Positions 43,005-55,493 of a stretch of DNA of 64,000 nt are shown in pieces (position 1 is the first letter of the stretch; every line of letters begins with the position of its first letter). This DNA comes from Zygnema circumcarinatum SAG 698-1b (taxonomy: Eukaryota; Plantae; Zygnematophyceae). Made by a program: the position numbers and the translations under genes. The stretch covers positions 3,224,272 to 3,288,271 of the forward strand of contig CM074813.1 in assembly GCA_037447605.1 (NCBI GenBank), read 5' to 3'. The notes under the pieces were generated by a model that was given only the letters and a program-made list of their open reading frames with translations, searched no databases and was not told where the DNA came from.

Positions 43005-46000
43005 TGTAGCACAAGATAGGAGTGGGGTTAAAGGGGAGATTGGCACGAGGCCCAGTGGCAGATCTTTATGCGGCCACCCAGAGCGTCGTCTTTGGCGGCG
43101 TAGGTTGGGGTGAGGTCTTGTGGAGTGCTGCGTAGAGCGAGGTCAGAGTTAGTCATGTGTTGTGGTGTGAATAATAAATTACAATAAGAAATTGTCTTCT
43201 CACTTTGAAAGCCTTTGTCTACTTGAAATAGGGGCGTAAAATGCTGTCGGCAAGAAGACTCTTTCTCTCTCTTTCTCTCTCTCTCTATCATGGCATGGAA
43301 CTCTCTCTCTCTCATGGCACAACGCCCCAGTTGCTCTGAGAGTCGAAGTGTCAAGGGAGGAAGAGAGAGAGAGAGAAGCGTGAGCTCAATGCTGGTACAA
43401 AGAGCTCGGATGGTCTCCCCATCCGGGCACAGCCCCCTTAAGCTCCCCCCTTCGAACCCCCTACCAGCATGGAGGACCGGGAGCGGGACTGCCCAATCAG
43501 AGCCCGCCGCGTGGCGGTGATCCTTAGCCGAGTTATCGGCTGAGGACAAGCCTGTGGTCTCGCCGCATCTCACGGAGCGCGTCGCGTCGCGGCGCGTCGT
43601 CGTCTGGCGCGGCTAAGTTGGCGGCGGGGCACAATACGGCCCGTCAAAAATACCCGATGCACGGGCGGTACTTGTCGAATGCCACCGCATCTGCGTGGAG
43701 TCAGCGCGGCGCGTGCGGCCTGCCGCGTATCTTGGCGGCCTTGTGGCAAATCTCGGCGCGGGATCCATATGTCGATGCGTCAGGTACACATCATGCGGAC
43801 GACGGTCACGATCAAAGGGGGCCGGGACCTCCCCAGAGTACCCCACTAGGAGTGCTTTACGTTAAAGGCAGCAGCGGATGTAGAAAGTCTTGGGCGATGC
43901 AAGCGCATGTATGGCGTTTGGCTACATTTCCTCCCAAACCCGTGCTGCGTCACCGAGCACACAGCTCAAGGAGTTTTAGCGAGCTGCATTCAAGCTCACT
44001 TCAGCTTTTATGCCCCTCACATGCGAGTTGAGACCCTACATGCGCGGTACCATGCTTTCGAGGAGATCCGCGGTGTTTTAGGGTGGTCCATAAATACGGA
44101 ATTAGATACGATACGATGCCGCAAGCCCTTTGGCGGTATTCGAACAGAGACTCCGGTACCCACCTAAGAAATCTTTTACCATTAAAAGGCAGCAGCGGAT
44201 GTAAAAATCTTAGGCAGGTACAACACATGTATGGCGTTTGGCTACACCCTTCCGGTTGGCCATGCATGCGGGGTGGAAGGGGCGTACTCATAGCACACTT
44301 CGTCAGATAATCCGGTTTCTTTCCAGTAGCGGTGAATCGGGTATCCGCGATGATCTGATTGAAGTCCGACTCCGGACAGCGTAACGCCTTAGCGATAGCG
44401 TCGTGCGGCACCAGCAGGTCTTAGCGATGGTACGCGAAATACGCAGGCGTCGACAAACGAGGATGGAGTGAAACCCCTAGTATCCGCGAGGTAAATCACG
44501 TGATCAAATCCATACCCACACTCTCCCACTTCCTGTAAGGAGGGGCGAGGGGCTGGAGCAAGCCAGGCACAGGTCCCGTGCGAGGCTTATCCCGCTGACA
44601 AGTTGGGCATGCGAGTACATACGCCTCCACGTCCGCTGTAATTCCGGGCCACCAGAATTCTCGGAGCAGTGCTTCACGGGTTTTGGCAACTCCCATATGG
44701 CCCCTGTATGGAGGATCGTGCATCTCATTGTTATGAAATTTTAGTCTGAGATCCGGCCTTGGGTATTAAGCGCTTGTCGTGGTACCAAAAACCGTCGAAG
44801 CACAAGCTTGTTCTTATAGCCATTGCCTTGGCGCGTCCGGGGAACAGAGGTCACCGGTGTACCCCTCACGAATCATGCAATGCGAAATCGAGCGAGGAGG
44901 GTTGAGCTAGCGTCAGCCCCACGGTGGAGGGTTTATGACAAAACATCTTTGGAGATATGCTTATTTGGGTTGGCGGCCCTTGATCTCCACCATCTCGTCA
45001 CCACCAACGCTTTCGAGTCGGCATCATCGAGGGCTAGATGAATGGGTTGCACGCTTTCGATTAGATTCAGCTTCATTTAGCCTCAGGGCACACGTATACC
45101 CAGCTTTGCGTTCGAGCGGGTTGGAGGAACTTCGAACCGGCGTGCTGCTTCGAAGAGTCTGGCGAGAGTGGAAGGAACACATCGATTGGGCGGTGGTTTT
45201 GTGACGGCGTGACTGCCACCGCTCCCTCAAATGCTGCGCCGTGTCCTCGGGCGTGAACAGCGGCTCCACGAGCTCGCTCTGTGGTAGTTCATCGAGGCGG
45301 GTTTCATCTTGCGACTTTTAAGTAGCGAGAGGTTGAGTAGATCTTGGAAACAGACGCTGCCAGCGAACCCGGCGTCACATACCGCTATGGCGACGGCGGA
45401 TCGGCCAACCTGGCGGTAGGTCTTTGTCCGCAGCATGTCTCACACCATCAAATCTTGATGCGGCACTCACGGTGTCGTGCATGCAGCGACACGGGCGTGT
45501 CAAGTGGTAGGTGTTACCAACTTCTTAAAGCCTTGGATAAACTTACGAAAATAATTCGCAAATCCAAGAAAAGACCGCAACTGATGAAGATCAGCCGGTA
45601 CAGCCCATGTCTTTACAGCAGACACCTTGGCTGGATCAGGTTTCAGTCCCTGATCGTTCAAGATATGCCCAAGATACAACAACTCTCGTTGCATGAAGTT
45701 ACACTTCTTTCGCTTGGCATAAAACGTGTGTTTTCGCAACACCTCGAACACTTTGCGTACATGCACAAGATGTTCAGCGTCCGTCTTGCTGAATACCAGG
45801 ATATCATCCAGGTAGACAAGGACAAACTCATCCATGCCGACAAACATTTCGTTCATCACAGCTTGGAATGTAGCCGGAGCGTTGGTCAGTCCAAAAGGTA
45901 GCACCTTGTACTGGAAGTGACCAATCGGCGTCCGAAATGTCGTCTTAGGAACATCGGCATCAGGTGACCGCAGTCGATGGTACCCTGCTTAGTCGGTGAG

Positions 46001-46829
46001 GTGAACACCTTAAGCGCTAGCGGTGAGAAGATCATCTATCGCGGCGGTAAAAACAGAGCTTTGTTCTTTACCGTATTGATCTTGTCGAGTGCTCGATGTC
46101 GATGCACATTCGCGAATCCTTCTTACCCAGCGAAGGGATGGGAGCTAAGGACTGGGTACAGGCTCAATCCGGCCCGCTTCTCGCATGAGTTAGCAGAGTT
46201 GCTACCGCATCTCCTGGAGTCTCGCCGGACTAAGCCTATAGATAGGCCTCGAGGAGGTTTTACGTTACGGCTCAAGGGGTATGGTATGCCCCACCCCTGC
46301 AGGCGGAGGCGGACCCTTGGCGAATCGTCGAGAATACATCCTCAAACGCTTTGACAAGGGTTGAAACACAGTTGGGACAGTTGGCATTTTTTCACCCGCA
46401 GTGGGTTGCCACTCCTGGTCCCCGTCATGAGCGTCCTCGGTTGCCGTCATGACTTGCACCATAAACAAGATGCAATTCGTTTTTAGTGCTCTGCCCAACT
46501 GCATGGCGGAGCACAGAAACGACAAAGATGACCGCGACGAGGCTGGTCCCGAAGGAGTGCCTGGTTGCAGAGTCATGCGTCTTCCTTCACTGCGGAGGAC
46601 GCAATTAGGGACAACAAAATCCAACTGAGCGCCCATAAGCGTCAGCCATTTGCTCCCCAAGATCAAGTCTGTTCCTGGGGCTAATAACGTCAACAAGCAG
46701 TTGACCACCCCGGAGTAAGACTGAATCTTCAATTTCACGCTGACGCTACCAGAAATCTGGCCAGTGCGTCCATCCCCGAAAGTTACACTATCGGAATGAG
46801 GCTGGACTGCAAACCCCGCAGTCCTGACA
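43005..46829 (-). mobile_element. Degenerate Ty3/gypsy element of a second family (element B), 5' part cut by a gap
   Basis: Order on the - strand: protease (DLILGSKWL, 46265-46738), RT (LPFGLTNAPATFQ...VYLDDILVFS, 45500-45904), RNase H remnant (AVCDAGFAG, SRKMKPASMNY), integrase HHCC (HDPPYRGHMG...CPTCQRDK, 44496-44723). A 3' LTR TGTAGC...GCTACA spans 43926 to 43005, preceded by the purine tract GGGAGGAAA. Confidence 0.85.
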
Positions 46830-49800
46830 NNNNNNNNNNGTCAAGGGGGATGCGGGGCTTACGGCCATAGAGGAGCTCGTAGGGAGAGAAGCCAGTGGAG
46901 GAGTGAACGGAGGTGTTGTACGTGAAGACCAGGGAGGGGATGACCTCGCGCCAGTCCGCCTGCAGCTCCGCGCAGCCGCGGACGCACGCATCCTTGACCG
47001 TCTGAATGGTACGTTCTGCAAGCCCATTCTGCTAGGGGCAGTAGGGGCTAGAGGTGCGGTGGATGATGCGAAAGTCCTGCATTAGCTCGGCAAAGGCCCC
47101 CTTGTATTCGGTGCCATTGTCAGAGTGGACAGAGTAGGGGAGAGAGTGGCGGTGAATGATGGCCGTCAGGAGGCGGGCAGAGTGGACGAAATGCTTAGAT
47201 TCTGTAGCGTGAACCTCTACCCACTTGGTGTATCTGTCCACTGCTAGGAAGACCCGAATGTAGCCAGAGGGGGTGCCGAGCTGGGGGATAGAAAAGGTGT
47301 CGATGTTCCAGTCTTCGGCGACGCCGCGTATTGGGATCTCACCCATCTCGAGGGGTTGGCGGTCGGGGGGAGTAGAGCGTTTGCCGCGTTGGCAACGGGT
47401 GCAGGTGTCGATGTAGCGGCTCACGCGCCCGTGGAGCGGGCCAAGCCGTAGCTCTGCCCGAAGCCGAGGCGACCATCTTCTTCTACAGTAGAGTGGAATC
47501 CATGCATTTTGCGGGAATAAATTAGGCGACATCGGAATCTCCATCGTTCATTGGGGAAAGGAGCGAGGGGAAGGCGGAGGGAGAGTGCGATTATCGTCCG
47601 TCATCATCAGCGAGAAGTTCGAGGCTGAACCTTGAGCCCTAGGTGTCCGTGATAAAGGGGAGTAGCGTCTTGGTCATGGCGTAGCCTTGAGGGAGAGTCT
47701 GAATGGGCGTCATTGGCCCGGGGAAATGGGGAGAGTAAAGGGGCGTCGCCATGCGTCATCCATGAGGAGTTCCCCGCGGATCCGCGCGGGGTGGCCGTGG
47801 GTAAAGTCAGGGTCCTCGGCGATGGAGAGGTGGTGGCGTTGGCCGTAATATCGATCAGCCCATCTGCGAATAGGACATCATGCAGGGCTTGAGCAGCAAT
47901 AAAAATCTCAATGGGAAGATGCTCAGGGTTCAGGAGGGTGGGTGGAGGGATGGGTTCAGGAACGGCCGGATCGTGGCAGAGGAGGGGAGCCGAGGGATTG
48001 CGACTGAGGCCATCAGCATTGCCGTGACTACGGCCGGGACGGTGAGTGACCTTAAGTACATTATACTCCTCCAACTTCATCACCCATCGTGCAAACTTAG
48101 GGCGTAGGGTAGCCATGATGTGCAGCCAGGTGAGGGGCATGTGGTCAGTCCGGATGATAACGGGCTGGTAGGCCGTGAAGAGCTTGAACTTCTCGAGTGC
48201 CCAGAGGATAGCCGCGGCCTCTCCCTCAGTAGGGCTGTACTTGGTCTCGGTTTCTGAACAAACCCTGCTAGCATAACTGACTGGGTGTTCCCCATCCGAG
48301 AATGCTTGACTGGCCACTGCCCCAAATCCCGTCTGACTCCAGTCAGCGTCAATGACGGTTGGCAGGGTGGGGTCAAATTGATGCAGACAAGGAGCCTGAA
48401 GGAGGGCACTCTTGAGCGCGTGGAAGGCCAAATCCTGCGCTCGGCTCCATTCGTATTGGACTCCGTGCTTCTCCAAGGCATGTAGGGGACGTGCGATAAG
48501 GGCATAGCCCTTGATGAACCGGCGATAGAAGGAGGTGAGCCCCAAGAAGGACTTGAGCTGAGTGAGGGTCTGTGGAATCGGCATAAGGGCAATCGCTTCA
48601 ATCTTGTCGAGTGATGGTTTCAGGCCATTGATGCCGAGGCGGTGCCCGAGATGAGTGATCTCCTGATGGCCCCATTTGCACTTCTTGGGTGCAATCTTCA
48701 AACGCGCACTAATGAGCTGTTGCAGGACTTGGTCAATGTGTTGCAGGTGAGAGGACCAGTCCTTGCTGTGGAGGGAGGCATCATCCACGTAAGGCTCGCA
48801 GAAGGCGCGACAGGGGCCGAATACTTGGTTGGCCAGGCGCTNNNNNNNNNNCGGATCGTGGCAGAGGAGGGGAGCCGAGGGATTGCGACTGAGGCCATCA
48901 GCATTGCCGTGACTACGGCCGGGACGGTGAGTGACCTTAAGTACATTATACTCCTCCAACTTCATCACCCATCGTGCAAACTTAGGGCGTAGGGTAGCCA
49001 TGATGTGCAGCCAGGTGAGGGGCATGTGGTCAGTCCGGATGATAACGGGCTGGTAGGCCGTGAAGAGCTTGAACTTCTCGAGTGCCCAGAGGATAGCCGC
49101 GGCCTCTCCCTCAGTAGGGCTGTACTTGGTCTCGGTTTCTGAACAAACCCTGCTAGCATAACTGACTGGGTGTTCCCCATCCGAGAATGCTTGACTGGCC
49201 ACTGCCCCAAATCCCGTCTGACTCCAGTCAGCGTCAATGACGGTTGGCAGGGTGGGGTCAAATTGATGCAGACAAGGAGCCTGAAGGAGGGCACTCTTGA
49301 GCGCGTGGAAGGCCAAATCCTGCGCTCGGCTCCATTCGTATTGGACTCCGTGCTTCTCCAAGGCATGTAGGGGACGTGCGATAAGGGCATAGCCCTTGAT
49401 GAACCGGCGATAGAAGGAGGTGAGCCCCAAGAAGGACTTGAGCTGAGTGAGGGTCTGTGGAATCGGCATAAGGGCAATCGCTTCAATCTTGTCGAGTGAT
49501 GGTTTCAGGCCATTGATGCCGAGGCGGTGCCCGAGATGAGTGATCTCCTGATGGCCCCATTTGCACTTCTTGGGTGCAATCTTCAAACGCGCACTAATGA
49601 GCTGTTGCAGGACTTGGTCAATGTGTTGCAGGTGAGAGGACCAGTCCTTGCTGTGGAGGGAGGCATCATCCACGTAAGGCTCGCAGAAGGCGCGACAGGG
49701 GCCGAATACTTGGTTGGCCAGGCGCTNNNNNNNNNNTCTGAGAGGACTGCAGGCCCCAATCGCATCTGCCCCTCTATTTCCAACCACTCCTCATCACTGA

Positions 49801-52612
49801 TGGTCTCATGGGGGGGAAAGGTGGGTGTAGGTATCACTGGCGGCAACAGTTCTTCCGTCGGCGTACCGAGAGCTGGACTCGGAGGAGCAGGAGGGGGAGT
49901 CTCGTCATCGGTATCAGAATTGGCCGTTCCATAAGAAGAATGGGAGCTGCCGACCGAATGGTACATGGTGATCTCCGGGTAGGAGACCTGCGCCGTGGCG
50001 TGGCGCTTGGGGAAGCGCGGAGGTGGTGAGGGACTCGAGGATGATGGGGAAGGAGCATTCTGTCCCGCCAGCAGATANNNNNNNNNNAATCCTTCATGTA
50101 AGCTCCCTTCAACTCCCACATATCGGGGGATGGGCTCAAGTGTCTTGTCCAACTTAACCTCTGCCACCTTCATCACAGGCTTGGACAGAACTGTGCGCAT
50201 AGCCCCCGTGTCGATCATGACTTTGCTGGGATGACCGTTGAGCCATACATTGACAATGATCTGCACGTTGGGCGTTGGGATGAGAGGGAGGATCTGGATC
50301 TGGCGAGGAGGATGGCGAGGGGAGCGGACTGGGTCCGGCGGAGGCGCCGTAGCCATGTGGTGGATATCGGCCGGCGAGGGGACGTCTGGAGGAGGTGCCA
50401 TAGGAACCGTGGGAGGCCGTAGGGTGGCCTTTGCGCTGTCGGCCAGCTTTCGAACTACGGCGGCAGCACCTGGTACAAGCTGCATCAACTGTGACAAGGT
50501 AATGCCGATCTTAGCCTTGTCTCCCATGAGTTGATGATCCATGCGTTCAATCAGGGATAGGCCGTCTGTCGGGGGGGGTGGTCGACGATCGGCTGCTTGG
50601 GGGTAGAAACGGGCTNNNNNNNNNNCAGCACCCAATACGTTTGACAGGGAAGGGGAGTCCATGGGGTGCAGATGGATAGGTGGTCGTTGCAGGATGGTGT
50701 AAGCGGGTGAAGGAGGTGGAGGCGGGCGAAAGGGAGCCGGTGTTCTCGGTGGTGTGGGAGCAGCCGGGAGCATATCCATGAAGGTGATCTCTGCAGGTGA
50801 GTTCCCTGCTGCTGCCTCTTTCCCCTTCCGGGCCTTCTCACTTGAGAGTCTCCGCATGCACACACGGGCATCATGTCCCGTGATCTGGCAGAAGGTGCAG
50901 GTCCATGGTCCGCAACGCAGCCGCGGATTATGATTCAGGCCGCAGGCAAGACATACGCCCTCCGGAACCCCTGCCTCCGTCATCCGACGGCGCAGATCGG
51001 CCCTGGCAGCTTCTCTCTCTTCGGGTGTGCGATCGGAATAAGGAGCCCGATACCCTGGACGAGAAACATCTGGTATGTGATGATTCACCGTTGGCTCAAT
51101 GGGATGCGCCGGATCATGAGGGTACGGGGAAAGGGGAAGGGGCTTGCTCGCGCTGGCTATAGCCAGAGGCTGCACCATAGGGGCTGCCCGGACGTCCTGA
51201 GCAGTGACGCCGGAGAAGGAAGGCTTGTTCCGAGTAGATGTAGCGTAGGGATCGAACAACTGTTGATTCTGTGTCTTCAGGAACTGCTGGTAGAGTCGAT
51301 CTTGTCTTGGATGTTGGCGTTCATGCCAATGTGTGGTGGAGTACGTAATGGGTGCCTCTCTCTTGATCATACAATTCGCTCGCGCCCTTTCTAACAAGGC
51401 GGGGCATCTCTTGGTGGGTTGTCGGCGCGCTCACGATCCAGGTGGAGATCGCTTCTCCGGTGATGGCCTTGGGAACGGCTGGAGCACTTGAGGAAAAGTC
51501 GAGCAGTTCTCGTCGTATTTGCCATGGCACAAAAGCTCGGTGAATTCAAGCGACGCTCATCGCGTAGCATTCTATGTAGCGAAGTCGATTGTAGCACGTG
51601 ATGGGATCTGAAATCAGCGTTATGCAGCTTGCTTGAATGTGTCCCTTTAATGGGGGTGGCGGCGACATACGCTTTGTGCGGTTTGGGCGGCTTCGATTGA
51701 CTTCTGCCTAGCCTTCGGCGCTCGAGGGCGGCTTGATCCGCGGTCTTCCTTCAAAGAGTCTGCTGGCGGTTGCCTTCTCCTCAAGATGTCGGCCATGCGC
51801 CTGCCGTCTTCACGCTTGCGGTGAAGCCTCTTGTGATGATGCGGCGTGGTATCCTCCTCCCACTCTTTTGATCATTCTTTATCAATTTGGTCATCATCTC
51901 TTCCATCTGCTTTGGCTTCGGTCGACTTCGTGTGCTTCTCTGCGGGGTTGGTCGCGAAATTTGGAGGGTCCTTGCGATGATCACGCCCGCCCCGCCCACT
52001 GAAACGCTTCGCTGGGGCTGCCGGATGAGTAAGTTGTGAACGCGGTGAGGGGTGATATTACAGGGGAATCCCTTGCTTTCTAGCTGTAGGGCTAGCGTCT
52101 TGCATTCTTGTGCTTGAAGGGACTCTGATGCGTGGTTATCCGGCCCGAGCTCCCGTGGCATCTGTCTGCGGGTGGGCAGCGGTGGGGACCTCGGGTTGAG
52201 CTGGCACTCCTCTCCTCACGGCATCTGCGGCCGTGACAGCGACTGGGCAGGCTGCAAGCTTGATCATCCGGCGTGCATATTGCCAGCGAAGTTTATGGCC
52301 ATCACTGCCTAGATGAAGTCGCTGTAGCTCTTCAATCGACTCGATCTGCTCAAGGTAAGCCAGACTGGGATAAGGGTTCTCTTCGGTGATACCCATCTTC
52401 AGTCTTTCTCTGACTGCTTCTTCCTCTGAGTCTGAATCCGTCCTTGGATTTCGGATCGCCTGTTCTTCTTGAGGTCCCAAGTCTCCATCTGAAAACTCAT
52501 GAAGATCTGCCTGTCCTTCTTGTTGCAGCTCTTCATCCATGGCGGCTGTGACACGGGTCACAGGATCGGCAGCCTCACGTATCAAGGTACGTGGATCTGC
52601 AANNNNNNNNNN
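46830..52612. other. Six 10-N scaffold gaps
   Basis: N runs at 46830-46839, 48842-48851, 49727-49736, 50078-50087, 50616-50625 and 52603-52612. Confidence 0.99.
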
Positions 52613-52894
52613 CAGTGACAGTCTCTGATTGGCCAACTGCCCCCTGAGAGGCCTGACTGACTACGTGGAGCCTTCGGATAGGTCAACTGATGACAATCGG
52701 CGGCATCTTGCGGCGCTTCCGAGTGCGCCTTGCTGGATGGTGTGCCGTTCCGTGGGCCGCCAACGCATGGCGCCGCCTTCTCTTAATCTCCGTTGGCAGC
52801 TCCTGGATTCCGCTGATCCGCGACACGGAAGAGGCCTATGTCAAGTACAACTGAACGGACGCGGATCCGCCGAACGCAGCTCCGTTACGCTACA
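46840..52894 (-). mobile_element. Younger Ty3/gypsy element (element C, same family as A), fragmented by gaps
   Basis: The 5' LTR starts TGTAGCGTAACGG at 52894 and matches the start of the A LTRs. Gag with zinc knuckle CTFCQITGHDARVC; protease VMIDTGA; RT PYVDD; RNase H DADWSQTGFGAV; integrase core WNIDTF/HSDNGTEY/ERTIQ. Long open frames, but a nonsense codon at 47032-47034 and a disrupted integrase N-terminus. Confidence 0.92.
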
Positions 52895-53022
52895 CTGTAC
52901 AGGGTGTAAAATATGAGGACTGCTGACTGTACGTGTACGAACGAAGCCGTACGTGTACGAACGAAGCCAAACGTGTACAGTACTGTACTGTACAGTACGA
53001 ACGAAGCCGTACGGGCCTTCTA

Positions 53023-53036
53023 AAAACCCTAAAACC
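53023..53036 (+). promoter_or_regulatory. Telobox (AAACCCTAA) in a GTAC-rich segment
   Basis: AAAAACCCTAAAA. Further teloboxes lie near 58112, 58140 and 59527. The telobox is an established plant promoter element; its function here is untested. Confidence 0.35.
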
Positions 53037-55493
53037 CCAAACATTGCCTCGTACAGTATTGATAATTTATTGCATGTCGGCCATCATACCGCTTAAACCC
53101 GAAAAAGCAGAGAGTGAATTGGCGTTGATAAATAATTGAAAGAATGAATGAGTGAATTGGAAGTCGTCCCTTCCCTTTCAATTCTTGTCCTTCTTCCCCA
53201 AGGAGAATGATGAATGGGCATTGATTTCATGATGGCGATGCCACCATATGTCCAGGTATATGGACAGAATCCCCACCTAGGAAAGATTCTTTAGAGCTAT
53301 GTTTCGAAAATTGCTGGTTGCGCCTGTAAAATCGTCAATAATCTGTAAGATTTAACTTACCTGCCCTTTCCTACTTCTCAGACCCGACAGCGAGAATTTC
53401 GAAAAATGGAGGAAAAAAAGCATTTGCAATCCCTTCTTTTCCTTTCTAGCACTCACAAGAAGACTAAAGAAGCAAAGTGGAAAGAGAGAACCACAACGAG
53501 CCCTCGGAGGGTATGGTGCTGCAACCTGGAATGGTAAGCAGATGAGGACGCAGATGACAGGGTAATGATTTGAATTTAGCCAGTCTGAGTAGGCTCAGGT
53601 TGAGGAGGATAGAAAGGTGCAGGATGTGGAGAAAGTAAACGTACCGGGTGATGATGACAACCACGTGGACTTTAACTCACAGCTGTGAAGGGGTTTATTT
53701 CAGGTTATCAATTGATTACTCTTAATGTGATGAATTCTCTAGGGTTTTTTTTGGCAAATTTCTTCTCATGCTTTTGCATTTTTGATGAATTTCACAGAAT
53801 ACTCCAGCTCACAGCATTCCAAATTCGGAATCCTAAGTGCAGATGTTTGACGACAGCTTGAAAGCAGTGCCGCCAAAGTTAGTCATTTCGTCCATAGTCA
53901 CTTGGTTTAGCTAAGATGACTTGTCTAAGAACTGACTAAAGTGAGTTTGCTTGGCTAGAGCACTAGTCAGTCGATAATTTGTCATCCCAAAAGTCACGTA
54001 GCCAAATCTGAATCGCATTTTAGGAAAGTTCAATCGCAAGTCTATATGAAAATGGGACCACCGTAACGAGTGCAACGTCACGCCCAAACCAAACCACACC
54101 CATACATTGCCATGTATCGCCTCGGCGGGGGGGGGGAGGGGGGGGAATCGAGTGACCCGGGGCGAGCACGCACGTCTTTTGCTTCGTGCGAACGGTGCTG
54201 CCTTCACGGCGCACTCAAAGAAGAAATGCCTCCGACGCACCACCAGATTGCCCAGACAAGAGACGGGACACAGCCGAGCAGAAAAGACAGGCGCCGGCTG
54301 GCCATAGGTTCAACGACCAAATTGAACAGCCTAGAAAGTTGCCAGCATGTCGTAGGTATCAATCTGGTTGTCTACTTAGAACAAATTTATAATATATATC
54401 TGCAGCTGCAGAAAATCTAAACAACATATTGTCTTTTCATCCCCACCTCGTCTCATAAAAACGAGTTCACATCCGTACCCTCTATTAAAAATTCGCGCAG
54501 AGCAACAGTCTTTGCAGTGGCCAGTCCCTCAAAAATGCTAACGCATACCATACCAACGAGCTGAAACGGCTGCAAGCTTGTTTCTGCAGGCCACGTCCAA
54601 TTGTAACACCTCCGCTGGCCATGTGTCGGCCGGCAACACTTGGGACCTTGCTCCGTCTATACCGCCGGGCAATGGACGTTGACAGGGACGTTGTAAACTA
54701 ATGCAGCACAGCTCATGCCCATGATTCTTCCTAGGCCAGATACTGCTACCTATCGTCCAGATCCAAAATTAACAGATAAATAGAATGCCAGACATCGTCA
54801 CCAAACTACAGCCATTTGGCACACTTCAACACTCGCTCACATGCGGACGAGTGAGAACATCTGTCCAAGTCGTCTGCTGTAGACGTCAGCATCAAGCTCC
54901 TTCGCGCTTCCACAGCGATTAAAACTGCCACTTTCGAGCAGTCTCAATGAAGACAATCGGACAAATCTGATATCCGAGTTGCTACAAACGCGCACTAGCG
55001 ATGCCCTGTAGAACGGAAACATGCACCACACAAGTTAAGTTTGAGGGCCCAATCCCAGGGCTTGGAGTGGGATGGATTTTACCACATGAAACGAAGCATA
55101 GCTGTCTGCTCCCAAAACAACCTTTCACATCCAAAATGTGGACTTTCCTTGTGCTATCAGGCAACAAACTAAACGATTACATATTTTTATATTACAACCA
55201 CACTTCAATAAAAACCTAAACCTAGCAATTCATTCAGTTTTAAACAGGAAGACAAAGGCTCAGCAGTCACTTTCTTCTTCTATCTGTACACAAACGATGC
55301 AACCTCGACCAATACACGGCGTCGAAGAGGGTGCTGCACCTCGAGTCACTGTCTGGGAGGGAGGAGGGTGTGTGTTTGTTCGTTTCATTCTCAGACTGCT
55401 CTGCAAAGACTCAACGCTTTTGATTCGGGCTACGTGACACCACTCAGACCGCCCGTAAAGCCATGACAACCTCCAAACCGTTTCACGCATTTC

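Noticed and set aside
47967-49726. Tandem duplication of an 875-bp RT/RNase H block (47967-48841 and 48852-49726) giving a 726-aa ORF
   Set aside because: The copies appear identical and both end at N gaps, so this is most likely one contig placed twice by the scaffolder.
43000-52899. One element running from the LTR end at 43005 to the LTR start at 52894
   Set aside because: The flanks CTTGT and CTGTA do not form a TSD, the LTR starts differ, and the pol genes belong to different families.
52897-52910. TA|CAGGGTG as a Tc1/mariner terminus
   Set aside because: No matching CACCCTG|TA end was found.
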